A stretch of 62,636 nucleotides of DNA, filler included. It is 3 parts of 3 records of this genome, joined end to end, with 100 filler letters (N's around TTAATTAATTAA, not from the genome) between each part and the next. Parts side by side here need not be neighbours in the genome. Positions count along the whole stretch, not along the records: positions 1 to 29,769 come from SRR2962707_512; 2 more parts are not named here. One strand, 5' to 3'. Positions within the stretch are counted from its first letter, which is position 1; every line of letters begins with the position of its first letter. The notes below the pieces were generated by a model. That model did not search any database. It worked only from the letters and a program-made list of their open reading frames with translations, and was not told where the DNA came from. Below are positions 18,761 through 28,686 of this stretch, in pieces. The translations under genes and the position numbers were made by a program.

Positions 18761-20056
18761 TTAACCCGGATAGCCAAACATACGCGGGAGGAACAGCACG
18801 ATGCTTGGGAAGAATATCAACATCAAAAGCGCGACAACCAAAATGAATAAAAATGGCCAAATTTCGCGAATAATTTCACCAAGTGGAATACGGGTCACCG
18901 CGTTAATGACGAATAACAGGATACCGTAAGGCGGTGTGATAAGGCCGATCATACAGTTGATAACTGCAACAACACCGAAATGCACAAGGTCAATGCCAAG
19001 CTCACGGCAGGTTGGAATAAACAGCGGCAAGATCACCAAAATGATCGTCGTCGCATCCAAAACACAGCCCAGCAGCAAGAGCAGTAGATTAACGCCCAGC
19101 AAGAACGCGAGGGGCGAAACATCAAGGCCCACCAGTGCCTGTGCAACCATATTGGGTATGTTCTCAGAAGCGACGATGTAGTTGAGGATCAACGCACCAC
19201 CGATAACAAGACCAACAGATGCGGAGCTACGGGCGCTTTCAAGGAGAATTCTATAAAGTGCACTAAAGCTAACAGCGCGGTAAAATAGTGTCGATAATAA
19301 CAACGCATAGGCAGCCGCAACCGCTGCAGCTTCTGTGGGTGTCGTCACGCCGCCATAGATGCCGTAAAGCAAAATTGCAGGCATCAATAGGGCAGGGAAC
19401 GCATTGGCTGTTACACGCGGTAATTCGCGAAACGGCACAGGTTCTTCGGTAGCAAAGTTGCGCTTGTGCGAAAGATAGGTGTTTGTCGCCATAAGAACTG
19501 CGCCCATCAATAGCCCTGGAATGATACCGCCCAAGAATAGATAGCCGATCGAAGAGTTGGAGATCAGCGCATATAAAACCATCGGAATTGAAGGCGGGAT
19601 AACCGGTCCAATCGTTGCAGAGGCAGCCGTGATCGCGGCTGCATATCCACGCGGATAGCGGCCATCTTTGACCATCATCTCGATGATAATTTTACCGATA
19701 CCCGCAGCGTCTGCCACAGCCGAACCAGACATGCCGGAAAAGATGAGCGATGCAACAATATTCACATGGCCCAAGCCACCGCGAAAACGACCAACAGCCG
19801 CCACGCAAAATGCGAGCAGTCTTTCAGAGATCGTTCCAGCATTCATAATGCCAGCAGCGACGATAAAAAGAGGAACCGCGAGCAAAACAAAGCTTGTGTA
19901 AAGTCCTTGCAAAATTTGCTCACCAGCAAGGCCAATATCTTGGCCGCCGATAGCAAGATAGGCAATGGCGCCCACTAAAATAGAATAGGCAATGGGCGTG
20001 CCGATTGCAGCCAATACGAAAATCGACAGGAGGCAGATGCTAAGTGCTAAGCTCAT
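18761..20056 (-). CDS. dctM: TRAP transporter large permease
   Basis: LLAVPLF, FSGMSGSAVADAA, IGPVIPPSIPM, TPTEAAA and GLITPPYG. Confidence 0.93.
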   Translation of the reverse strand: MSLALSICLLSIFVLAAIGTPIAYSILVGAIAYLAIGGQDIGLAGEQILQGLYTSFVLLAVPLFIVAAGIMNAGTISERLLAFCVAAVGRFRGGLGHVNIVASLIFSGMSGSAVADAAGIGKIIIEMMVKDGRYPRGYAAAITAASATIGPVIPPSIPMVLYALISNSSIGYLFLGGIIPGLLMGAVLMATNTYLSHKRNFATEEPVPFRELPRVTANAFPALLMPAILLYGIYGGVTTPTEAAAVAAAYALLLSTLFYRAVSFSALYRILLESARSSASVGLVIGGALILNYIVASENIPNMVAQALVGLDVSPLAFLLGVNLLLLLLGCVLDATTIILVILPLFIPTCRELGIDLVHFGVVAVINCMIGLITPPYGILLFVINAVTRIPLGEIIREIWPFLFILVVALLMLIFFPSIVLFLPRMFGYPG

Positions 20057-20553
20057 TGTCCTACCTCTTCATCATTCATTTGGTCTGCATCGAAGTCATC
20101 GCGGTTGCGCCAAATGTGGATAATGCGCCATAGGTAACGCAAAATAATTGCGATCAAGAATAGGGCGTAAACGGAAAACACCGCTCGCATGGGAATATGC
20201 AGCGTCGGGCTTTTTTTGATCTTCATAAAGTCGATGTAGTCCCATGTCGGTAGCAACGACACGGCTAATGCGATCGCAATCGCGAGCGCGGAAATTGTCG
20301 CCAACACTTGGCGCAACTTGTTCGGTGCCATCCAATACAGGATGTCAAAACTCACATGTCCCTGCTCTTTAACGATAAATGCACTGCCCCAAAAAATGAG
20401 CCAAATCCATAGCGTTAGGCACAGTTCAATTGTCCACCCCAACGGATTGTTCAGGATGTAGCGTGAAAAAATTTGTAGGACAAATGTAAGGAACATGGCG
20501 GCAAGTATTGCCGCCGCCACGCCCTCAGCCCCGCGTTGAAGAAACTTCTTCAT
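20053..20553 (-). CDS. dctQ: TRAP transporter small permease
   Basis: Four TM segments; QIFSRY..N.PLGWTIEL and GHVSFD. Confidence 0.9.
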   Translation of the reverse strand: MKKFLQRGAEGVAAAILAAMFLTFVLQIFSRYILNNPLGWTIELCLTLWIWLIFWGSAFIVKEQGHVSFDILYWMAPNKLRQVLATISALAIAIALAVSLLPTWDYIDFMKIKKSPTLHIPMRAVFSVYALFLIAIILRYLWRIIHIWRNRDDFDADQMNDEEVGQ

Positions 20554-20577
20554 AAGGAGACCCTTTGTTTGGGAAGA

Positions 20578-21582
20578 TTAAAGGCTGTTGATCTTATCAA
20601 GAACGCCTGCAGGCCAATCTTTAGCAAGGTCAGATTCCAAATACATGTTCTGCACTTGTGTGCGGAATGCATTTAGATCCGGCTCATAAACATCAAGGCC
20701 CTGTTCTTCTAGGAATGACACAAGATCTTGCTCTTTTTTCAATTGAGCTTCACGGCCACTTGTTGCAGCTGCATCAGCAGCTGCTTGCAATGTCGCTTGC
20801 TGATCAGCATCAAGCGAGTCCCAAACTTTTTTAGATATCGCAACATAGTTCAAATCAACCAAGTGAGAAGTCAGAACAATCTGCTTAGTCACTTCGTAGA
20901 ATTTTGCGTCCACAACAGTTGGTAGCGGGTTGTCTTGACCATCAACAGCACCGGTTTGAAGCGCTGTATAAACCTCAGTAAAGGCCATCGGTGTTGGGTT
21001 TGCGCCAAGTGCTTTGCCAAGGAACTGCCACGCATCGCTACCAGGCATACGCAAATTAACGCCGGCCAAATCTGCAGGCGTTGTCACTGTGCGATCTGCT
21101 TTAGATTCGCGCAAGTTTACCTGACGGCGACCAAGATACATCACAGACAAAAGCTTTACGCCGAGTTCGTCTTCAACTTTTTTCTTAAATGGGTCCATCA
21201 AGGCATCGTTAAAAACCGCCAATTGGTGCGCGGCATCGCGGTGCACATAGCCAGCAGTAAAAATCGAGAATTCTGGGAAAAGAACTGCAAGCTCTTGGGC
21301 TGACGCGATAGACATTTCCAAGTTGCCACGGGCAATGGCTTCTAGTTCTGTGCCCTGCTTGAACAATGATGCGTTATAATGGGGTTCATATGTTGCGAAC
21401 TCGGCGACAGCTGGTGCAAAAACAGTGGCCAAAGCAATTGCGCGTTGGTCTGTATCTGTCGCAGGTGTAGACATGCGCAATGTAATTTTATCAGCTGCAA
21501 ATGCAGATGAAACGCCGCAAACAGCGATCGCTGTTGTCAGAGCCAGTGCCATAAATGAACGGCGGTTGAAAGTGTTAGTCAT
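20578..21582 (-). CDS. dctP: TRAP solute-binding protein, SiaP/YiaO-like sugar-acid type
   Basis: Tat-like signal NRRSFM; YLGRRQ, LRMP and PTPMAFTEVYTALQTGAVDGQDNPL. Confidence 0.9.
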   Translation of the reverse strand: MTNTFNRRSFMALALTTAIAVCGVSSAFAADKITLRMSTPATDTDQRAIALATVFAPAVAEFATYEPHYNASLFKQGTELEAIARGNLEMSIASAQELAVLFPEFSIFTAGYVHRDAAHQLAVFNDALMDPFKKKVEDELGVKLLSVMYLGRRQVNLRESKADRTVTTPADLAGVNLRMPGSDAWQFLGKALGANPTPMAFTEVYTALQTGAVDGQDNPLPTVVDAKFYEVTKQIVLTSHLVDLNYVAISKKVWDSLDADQQATLQAAADAAATSGREAQLKKEQDLVSFLEEQGLDVYEPDLNAFRTQVQNMYLESDLAKDWPAGVLDKINSL

Positions 21583-21656
21583 AGTCGTTTCCTCCTCAGG
21601 TGTAGTCTTGAAGTTATGTCTTCAAGTTTAGCTTAGTTCGTTTAGTCTCTTCCTGC

Positions 21657-22316
21657 TTAGAGCCCCAATGCGCGTTGTTTGGCGCTTGTAATATGGGCGT
21701 CTAATGCTGAAATTGTTGCTGCTACATCCCGTGCGGCGAGTGCTGAAATGATCTGTAGATGCTCCTCCAGAACAGATACAACCAATTCAGGTAGCATACG
21801 TGTATCGGCGTTTCTAATAAGCCTGATTTTTATCGAATTTACGCGGTAAGTATTTGAAATAAGTTTGTTTCCAAGCGCGTCAATCACATGGTCATGAAAT
21901 GCCCAGTCTACGCGCTGTGCGTGTGCCAGCAATTCAGGTGTGACGCCTTTATGCGCCGCTTCAAGGATTTCTGTGTGCTCGTCATAAAATTGTGTGATCG
22001 TGCTTTGATCAGCAGTTTTACAAAAATGAGAGATCGCCTCACGCTCTAGAAAGTGGCGCAACTGGAAAGCGTTGCGCACAAGTTCCAAATCAATACTGGT
22101 GATCTGCACGCCTTTTTTCGGCACTGTCGTGATTAGGCCATCAGCTTCAAGGCGCGGGATCATTTCGCGAATGGCACCAAGCGGCAGTCCAGTCAGATTG
22201 ACCAGTTCTCGTTGAGAAACGATTTGCCCTGGCATGAGGTCTTGTGCCAGCAGCTTTTCAGTAAAGCTGGCATAAGCCATATCACGCAAGGGTATCATTT
22301 TTGTGGAGACGATCAT
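21657..22316 (-). CDS. GntR/FadR-family (FCD) transcriptional regulator
   Basis: N-terminal wHTH (PGQIVSQREL...IRE...LEADGLI) and FCD domain (DWAFH, EEHLQI). Confidence 0.88.
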   Translation of the reverse strand: MIVSTKMIPLRDMAYASFTEKLLAQDLMPGQIVSQRELVNLTGLPLGAIREMIPRLEADGLITTVPKKGVQITSIDLELVRNAFQLRHFLEREAISHFCKTADQSTITQFYDEHTEILEAAHKGVTPELLAHAQRVDWAFHDHVIDALGNKLISNTYRVNSIKIRLIRNADTRMLPELVVSVLEEHLQIISALAARDVAATISALDAHITSAKQRALGL

Positions 22317-22322
22317 CTTTCT

Positions 22323-23201
22323 TTACTCCGCTGAATTACCGTTCATCGAAGCTAGCAGGCTAAATAATTCAGGCAAGGCGCTTTTCGGCGTTTCTTCAAA
22401 TGGAAGACGCACGCGGTTCCAGCTGTCATCGCCAGATACGTGAGCCACCAAAGATTTGACAGCAGGCGTAACCGGCAGCGAGACTACCGCGTTGACCAGC
22501 GCGAAAAGCGCTTCGTCATCTTTGCCGCTCGCAATCATGTCTTTAAGGCGATTAGGGCAGATGTTAGCCATGCCGCTGATAGCACCAGCGCAGCCAAGCG
22601 GACCGGCTTTTGCAAGATGGCGTTCATCGCCAACCAGAACCGCAAGATCAGGATTTGTCAGCAAGGCCGCTGTATTTTCCCAATTGCCAGAACTGTCTTT
22701 CAAACCGACAACTTGGGCTGGGAAATCTTTTTGCAATCCATGAACGAGCGCTGGCGTCAATGGCACCATTGTCACTTGTGGAATATGGTACAAAATGACC
22801 TGCATACCCTCAGGTAGGCCAGCTAAAACATCAATAAACCAATTGCGCAATGCATTGTCGCTGACACCCTTAAAGTAGAATGGCGGCGGCAATAGAATTT
22901 TCCGAGAACCGTGATCAAACGCGGCCTTGGCCTGTTCAATCGCATCGGCGATCGCATTGCCGTAGATTGCGACTGTTACACGCGCCATTTCAAAGCCATG
23001 TTCTTTAAAATAGGCGAGAGCGGCGATGCGTTCTGATTGGGTCAATGATGCGCCTTCACCAGTGGTGCCAAACAATGTCACACCATCGGCACCAATCTCC
23101 AAAGCATGGTTTGCGTGACCAAGCATAAGAGAATGATTCAATTTGTTGTTCTCATCAAACGGTGTGACGAGGGCAGTCGAAATTCCAAATTCAATGCGCA
23201 T
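22323..23201 (-). CDS. DHDPS/N-acetylneuraminate-lyase family aldolase (pyruvate Schiff-base type)
   Basis: ALVTPF, GTTGEG, LYHIPQ (catalytic Tyr) and LKDSSG (Schiff-base Lys). Confidence 0.88.
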   Translation of the reverse strand: MRIEFGISTALVTPFDENNKLNHSLMLGHANHALEIGADGVTLFGTTGEGASLTQSERIAALAYFKEHGFEMARVTVAIYGNAIADAIEQAKAAFDHGSRKILLPPPFYFKGVSDNALRNWFIDVLAGLPEGMQVILYHIPQVTMVPLTPALVHGLQKDFPAQVVGLKDSSGNWENTAALLTNPDLAVLVGDERHLAKAGPLGCAGAISGMANICPNRLKDMIASGKDDEALFALVNAVVSLPVTPAVKSLVAHVSGDDSWNRVRLPFEETPKSALPELFSLLASMNGNSAE

Positions 23202-23236
23202 TGCGTTCCCACTTAAATTAAGCTCATTGATTTTCC

Positions 23237-23291
23237 AGTAACATGTTACTAAACTTATTACAAGCTAGTGACATGCTTACTAACATGTTAG
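23237..23291. promoter_or_regulatory. Three TAACATGTTA-type palindromic operators in the divergent promoter
   Basis: AGTAACATGTTACT (23237-23250), degenerate AGTGACATGCTTACT (23267-23281) and CTAACATGTTAG (23280-23291). Confidence 0.72.
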
Positions 23292-23327
23292 ATGCTCGCT
23301 TAGAAACGAAAGCGGCTGGGAGAAAAT

Positions 23328-24932
23328 ATGAATCAGAAAATATTTATTGGCGTGGATGTCGGCACGGGAAGCGCACGTGCGGGCATTTTTGATCATGAAG
23401 GCACGCAGCTAGCCAGCGCTTCTGAAGCGATTTCAATGTGGCGTCCGCAGGCCGACTATTGTGAGCAAAGTTCAGCCGACATTTGGCGCGCCGTTGTAAA
23501 ATCTGTGCGGGCAGCTGTCGCAAAGTCCAGCGTGGACAAAGCCCACATTGCAGGCATTGGTTTTGATGCAACCTGTTCGATGGTTATCGAAGGCGCAGAT
23601 GCCGAGCCATTACCAGCCAGCCCAAATGGCGATCCTGATCACAATGTTATTGTATGGATGGATCACCGCGCGACACGCGAGGCAGAAGAAATCACTGCAA
23701 CAGGGCACAGTGTTTTAGAGTCCACAGGCGGTATCATCTCACCTGAAATGCAAACGCCGAAATTATTGTGGCTGTCACGCTTTAACGCTGAAACGTACAA
23801 GTCCGCGACGCAGTTTTTCGATTTGCCAGATTGGTTGACCTATCGCGCTACTGGATCAAACACACGGTCACTATGCTCCGTTGTTTGTAAGTGGACATAT
23901 CGCGGGCAAAGCGGTTTGGCCGGTGAGGGGTGGGACAAAAGCTATTTTGAACAAATTGGCCTTGGCGATTTAATTGACAATAATTTCGCAAAATTAGGCT
24001 CCACAATTGCCGCACCTGGAACCGCAATCGGTTGCTTAAGCAGTCAAGCAGCAGATGAATTGGGACTGCCTGAAAGCGTTGTCGTTGGTGCATCTCTCAT
24101 TGATGCCCACGCCGGTGCTCTGGCCACGCTCGAAGTGAGCGCGCAAGGGCAAGGCGCAAATCGTTTGGCGCTTATCGCGGGTACATCCGCTTGTCATATA
24201 GCCTTGTCTGAAAACGCAACAATGGTGCCCGGCATTTGGGGACCATATTTTGGTGCGGTACTGCCCGATCTTTGGGCAACAGAAGCAGGCCAGTCCATGG
24301 CAGGCGCTGCGCTTGATGTTGTTCTAAATCGACATGCTGCACGCGCCGAATTAGGCGATAATCCGCACAAAGCGATTGCCGATCATATTAACAAAATGGC
24401 GGGCGACAATACGCCAGCATATCTGACCAAGGATCGCCACAGCATTGCAGATTTCCATGGCAATCGCGCACCCTTAGCTGATCCCACACGAAAAGCTGTC
24501 GACATTGGATTGGATAGCAGTGTTGGGCTGGATGATTTGGCAATAAATTATTTGTCGGTACTGCAGGCCCTTGCCTATGGCAGCCGCCATATCATCGAGG
24601 ATATGCAAGCAAAAGGAATTCCAGTCGATAGTATCGTGGTCAGCGGCGGCTTGGTGGAAAATCAACTATACCTGCAAACCCACGCAGATGCGGTTGGCTG
24701 CCCTGTGCTTATTCCAGAGTGTAAAGAGCCAGTTCTGCTGGGCGCTGCAATGCTGGGCGCTTGCGCCGCTAACTTAAAGCCTGATTTGCGCAGCACCGCG
24801 GCTGCTATGTGCGGCGTTGCCAAAGTGTTGCAGCCAAACAGTGATCTTAAAAAATATCACGATGCAAAATACGCTGTTTTCCAAAAACTAATTCAAGACT
24901 TCGCTGCCTATCGCAGCATTATGAACAACTAA
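23328..24932 (+). CDS. FGGY-family pentulose kinase, D-ribulokinase subtype
   Basis: [59 protein letters not shown] and DFHGNRAP, as in RbtK/FGGY-type D-ribulokinases. Confidence 0.85.
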   Translation: MNQKIFIGVDVGTGSARAGIFDHEGTQLASASEAISMWRPQADYCEQSSADIWRAVVKSVRAAVAKSSVDKAHIAGIGFDATCSMVIEGADAEPLPASPNGDPDHNVIVWMDHRATREAEEITATGHSVLESTGGIISPEMQTPKLLWLSRFNAETYKSATQFFDLPDWLTYRATGSNTRSLCSVVCKWTYRGQSGLAGEGWDKSYFEQIGLGDLIDNNFAKLGSTIAAPGTAIGCLSSQAADELGLPESVVVGASLIDAHAGALATLEVSAQGQGANRLALIAGTSACHIALSENATMVPGIWGPYFGAVLPDLWATEAGQSMAGAALDVVLNRHAARAELGDNPHKAIADHINKMAGDNTPAYLTKDRHSIADFHGNRAPLADPTRKAVDIGLDSSVGLDDLAINYLSVLQALAYGSRHIIEDMQAKGIPVDSIVVSGGLVENQLYLQTHADAVGCPVLIPECKEPVLLGAAMLGACAANLKPDLRSTAAAMCGVAKVLQPNSDLKKYHDAKYAVFQKLIQDFAAYRSIMNN

Positions 24933-24948
24933 ATTTAAGAGGCCAAAA

Positions 24949-26565
24949 ATGACAAAATCGATCTACCTATTTGCAAGCGGTGATAGCCGCGAAAGCGCGA
25001 ACACTACATGCTGGCCTGCGCAGGCGGCAATGGAAGAAAAGCTGAGCGCTGAGTTTGGCCGCATAGGTGCGAAAATTATCCGCGCTCATCCATTTGATAC
25101 GACGCGCGGCCATGGTTTTTTATCGAGCCAGCGCGCTGGCATGAATGCATTTGCGGCCATTGATCCAAATGCGCCTGTCATCGTGGCTGTTTCCTGTTGG
25201 CAATATTCGCACCATGTGCTTGCAGGCCTCTGCAGCCACAAAGGCCCAATCTTAACCGTTGCCAATTGGTCAGGCCAGTGGCCCGGCCTCGTTGGCATGC
25301 TCAATCTAAACGGCAGTTTGACGAAAGCGGGCGTTGAATTTTCCACTATCTGGAGCGAAGATTTTACCGATGATTTTTTCCGCGATGCCATCGCTAGCTG
25401 GCTGAAAGACGGAAAAGTAGAACATGATAGATCGCATATTGAGCCGTTAGCTGCGAGCAAACTGCCTTCTGATATAAAGCAAATGGCTGATGATCTTGCC
25501 ACTGCCCTTCAATCTGAAAAGTCGATTATGGGCGTGTTCGACGAAGGCTGCATGGGCATGTTTAATGCCATTATTCCTGATGCACTTCTCATGCGCCTTG
25601 GCGTTTTCAAAGAACGCCTGTCCCAGTCGGCACTTTATCACGCAACACTGCAGGTGCCTGAAGAAGAGGGCAAAGAAGTCTATGATTGGCTTATTGCCAA
25701 AGGTCTCAAATTCCATTTGGGCAAAGATCCTGCGACAGAATTAACACTTGAACAGGTTATTTTGCAGTGTCGTTTGTATATTGCAGCCGTGCGCCTTGCT
25801 GATGATTTTGATTGCGAGACAATTGGCATTCAATATCAACAAGGCTTGAAAGATTTGCTACCCGCGTCTGACCTTGTTGAAGGCACGCTGAATAACGCAG
25901 ATCGCCCCGATGTGAAACGCGCAGACGGCTCTATCATTCGCCAAGGTCGGCCCGTCACGCATTTTAACGAGGTTGATGAATGTGCAGGTTTAGATGCACT
26001 TCTCATTGCGCGCACGCACACCCTATTGGGTGAGCCATTAGAGACAACATTGCATGACATAAGATGGGGCGATGACGATCAGTCCAGCGCGAAGAATGGG
26101 TTCGTCTGGGTTTTCGAAATCTCTGGTGCCGCGCCGCCAGCACATCATAAGGATGGATGGGCAGGCAGTGAAAGTTTGCGTCAACCAGCTATGTATTTCC
26201 CTTCTGGCGGCGGCACATTGTGCGGTGATGCCCGCGAAGGCGAGATTATTTGGTCTCGTATCTTCGTGTCTGGCGATAAACTGCACATGCATATCGGCCG
26301 CGGCCGTGCAATCGAACTTGAGCGAGCCGAAGCGCTGCGCCGCCGCAATGCGACGACACCTGAATGGCCGATCATGCATGCGCAACTATATGGCGTATCG
26401 CGCGACCAGTTGATGGGGCAGCACCAGGCAAACCATATACAGGTGGTCTATGCGTCAAGCGCTGAGGCGGCAAATAAGGCGGCAAGGGTTAGGGCAGCAT
26501 TTGCACAAAACCTCGGCATTGAGGTGTCGATTGTTGGCGGTGAGGAAAGCCAATTGCTTGCATAA
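24949..26565 (+). CDS. L-fucose/D-arabinose isomerase-like protein (divergent FucI fold)
   Basis: Putative metal ligands in HFNEVD, LHDIRW and QANHIQ, plus TPEWP, parallel the E/D/H ligands of FucI. Confidence 0.7.
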   Translation: MTKSIYLFASGDSRESANTTCWPAQAAMEEKLSAEFGRIGAKIIRAHPFDTTRGHGFLSSQRAGMNAFAAIDPNAPVIVAVSCWQYSHHVLAGLCSHKGPILTVANWSGQWPGLVGMLNLNGSLTKAGVEFSTIWSEDFTDDFFRDAIASWLKDGKVEHDRSHIEPLAASKLPSDIKQMADDLATALQSEKSIMGVFDEGCMGMFNAIIPDALLMRLGVFKERLSQSALYHATLQVPEEEGKEVYDWLIAKGLKFHLGKDPATELTLEQVILQCRLYIAAVRLADDFDCETIGIQYQQGLKDLLPASDLVEGTLNNADRPDVKRADGSIIRQGRPVTHFNEVDECAGLDALLIARTHTLLGEPLETTLHDIRWGDDDQSSAKNGFVWVFEISGAAPPAHHKDGWAGSESLRQPAMYFPSGGGTLCGDAREGEIIWSRIFVSGDKLHMHIGRGRAIELERAEALRRRNATTPEWPIMHAQLYGVSRDQLMGQHQANHIQVVYASSAEAANKAARVRAAFAQNLGIEVSIVGGEESQLLA

Positions 26566-26696
26566 ATGCCAATATTTATTGCGTGTTCTAGGTGCGCCAA
26601 AATGTTGCGTGAAAAAAATGCCCCAAAGGCACTTGGTTTCCTATAATAAACTAAAGCTGAATCACTCACTGCATTGGCTTATTAGAAGGAAATTAT

Positions 26697-27737
26697 ATGA
26701 CCAATCGTAGAACATTTATGGGCGTGCTGGGCGGCGCTGCACTTGTTGCGTTGACGGCAACAAGTGCATTGGCTCAAGAATTCACTTTCAAACTTCATCA
26801 ATTTTTGCCAGCAAACGCTGCTGTGCCTGAACTGGTGCTCGATGTATGGGCCGATAAAATTGAAGCCGATTCCGGCGGCCGCATTAAAATCGACCGCTAT
26901 CCGTCAATGCAGCTCGGTGGACGCCCGCAAGAGCTTTATGATCAAGCCGCCGATGGCGTTGCCGATATTATCTATACTGCGGTTGGCTATACGCCTGGCC
27001 GCTTTCCATCCACTGAAGTGTTTGAACTGCCCTTTATGGTCGCCAATCCGCGTGCTGCGTCATATGCGTTTTGGAAAATGTACGAAGCCCATATGAAGGA
27101 CGAATTTAAAGATACGCATGTTTTGTTCACATGGGTTCATGGACCTGGTCTGTTTCACACCGCCGAGCCAGTTGAAAAACCGGCAGACCTAAATGGAATG
27201 AAAATTCGCGGCGGTTCCCGCCTCGTCAATCAGCTGCTTGAAGCGGCAGGCGCAACACCTGTTGGTATGCCGGTTCCTTCTGTTTCAGAGGCTATATCAA
27301 AGGGTGTAATTGATGGTGCTACGCTTCCTTGGGAAGTGACAACATCAGTTAAGGTGCCTGAATTGGTGCATAACCACACTGAGTTTGAAGGTGCGGGCAT
27401 TTATACGCTCACTTTCGTTCTGACGATGAACAACAATTCCTACAACAGCCTGCCTGATGATCTCCAAGCCGTAATCGATAAAAATTCTGGCTTGGATTTC
27501 TCAGTCTTTGCGGGCGGAACGCAGGCAGGCGCCGATGCTCCCGCGCGCCAGATCGCTGTTGATCTGGGCAATAACATCATCACAATCAGCGAAGAAAAAG
27601 CCAAAACAGAATGGGCCCCGCTTGTAGACCCAATCTATGCAACATGGGTCGCTGATATGAAAACCAAAGGCATCGATGGACAGGCTTTGATCGACGAAGC
27701 CCACGCTTTGATGACTGAGTATACAAACAAACAATAA
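26697..27737 (+). CDS. Stand-alone TRAP solute-binding protein
   Basis: Tat-like NRRTFM signal; YPSMQLGG, YTPGRFP..EVFELPF, DLNGMKIR and KGVIDG. Confidence 0.85.
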   Translation: MTNRRTFMGVLGGAALVALTATSALAQEFTFKLHQFLPANAAVPELVLDVWADKIEADSGGRIKIDRYPSMQLGGRPQELYDQAADGVADIIYTAVGYTPGRFPSTEVFELPFMVANPRAASYAFWKMYEAHMKDEFKDTHVLFTWVHGPGLFHTAEPVEKPADLNGMKIRGGSRLVNQLLEAAGATPVGMPVPSVSEAISKGVIDGATLPWEVTTSVKVPELVHNHTEFEGAGIYTLTFVLTMNNNSYNSLPDDLQAVIDKNSGLDFSVFAGGTQAGADAPARQIAVDLGNNIITISEEKAKTEWAPLVDPIYATWVADMKTKGIDGQALIDEAHALMTEYTNKQ

Positions 27738-27789
27738 ACTGAAAGCCGAGGCATTCGCTCGCCTCGCTTAAAAAAATCTCCAAAACAAT

Positions 27790-27820
27790 AAAGGCCAGCA
27801 TTCGTGCTGGTCTTTTTTTT
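27790..27820 (+). terminator. Rho-independent terminator
   Basis: AAAGGCCAGCA-TTCG-TGCTGGTCTTT followed by a T run. Confidence 0.85.
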
Positions 27821-27935
27821 CGCCACAAGCCTGTTGCCTATATTTTATACAGATGGGTTTTGTATGTCTATGTTTAGCCTAATTTTTACCCAAACACGTT
27901 TATTCAATTGATCGCCTGAAATAGTAATCTAACAA

Positions 27936-27948
27936 AATCAATTATTTA
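27936..27948 (+). promoter_or_regulatory. Putative IHF site
   Basis: AATCAATTATTTA matches WATCAANNNNTTR, just upstream of a sigma54 promoter. Confidence 0.55.
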
Positions 27949-27965
27949 CATCATGAATAGCCGAT

Positions 27966-27981
27966 TGGCACAGCTGTTGCA
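27966..27981 (+). promoter_or_regulatory. Sigma54 (-24/-12) promoter
   Basis: TGGCAC-AGCTG-TTGCA, an exact consensus match 27 bp before the permease start. Confidence 0.8.
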
Positions 27982-28008
27982 AAGTCTCGCACTGAGGGAC
28001 TTTAGAAT

Positions 28009-28686
28009 ATGGAACTGCGCTTTTTTGAAATTTATCGGAATGCTGATTATTTGATGCTTCTATTGCATGGGGCAGGGGTCAGCATGGCGTTGACTGCAAT
28101 TGGCGGTCTGCTTGGTTTAATATTGGCCACATTTTTGGCGGTGTCGCGCCATCGTGCAATTCCGGTTCTGGGGCTTTTATCCGCCTGTTATGTTGAACTT
28201 GTGCGCAACACGCCGCTCATCGTTCAACTTTTCTTTGTGGCGTTTGGCTTGCCTCTTTTGCTTGGTTATAGCTGGCCATTTTGGGCGCATGCGCTGCTCG
28301 CGCTGACGCTCAATTTCTCTGCCTATTTTGCTGAAATCATCCGTTCTGGTTTTCTGAGCGTACCCAAAGGCCAGTCTGAAGCAGCAACCGCTCTTGGGCT
28401 TAAAGAAAATCAGATTTTTAGAAAGATTATCTTCCCGCAGGCCATTGCCGCGGTTTACCCATCGCTCAACAGCCAATTTATTTTTCTCTTTTTAACAACG
28501 GGTGTGTTGTCTGAAATTGGCGTCACCGATCTGACAAATGCAGGCCTTTTTATCGATAGCCGCACGTTCCGCTCGTTTGAAGTCTTTATCACACTGACGA
28601 TCATATATATTTTGCTGGCGCTGACCTTCAAAGCTGCGCTCAACCTTTCGGCACGATTTGCTTTTAGATGGACGGTGGCGCGATGA
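28009..28686 (+). CDS. Polar amino-acid ABC transporter permease
   Basis: VRNTPLIVQLF and AEIIRSG...GQSEAATALG (EAA loop). Confidence 0.92.
   Translation: MELRFFEIYRNADYLMLLLHGAGVSMALTAIGGLLGLILATFLAVSRHRAIPVLGLLSACYVELVRNTPLIVQLFFVAFGLPLLLGYSWPFWAHALLALTLNFSAYFAEIIRSGFLSVPKGQSEAATALGLKENQIFRKIIFPQAIAAVYPSLNSQFIFLFLTTGVLSEIGVTDLTNAGLFIDSRTFRSFEVFITLTIIYILLALTFKAALNLSARFAFRWTVAR

Noticed and set aside
22323-23201. dapA (lysine biosynthesis) or nanA assignment
   Set aside because: Catabolic TRAP/GntR context and no nanK/nanE/nagA in this contig; only the family can be called
27981-28003. Hairpin AAAGTC...GACTTT that would sequester the permease RBS
   Set aside because: The 5' arm lies upstream of the expected sigma54 start site (about 27992), so it would not be in the mRNA
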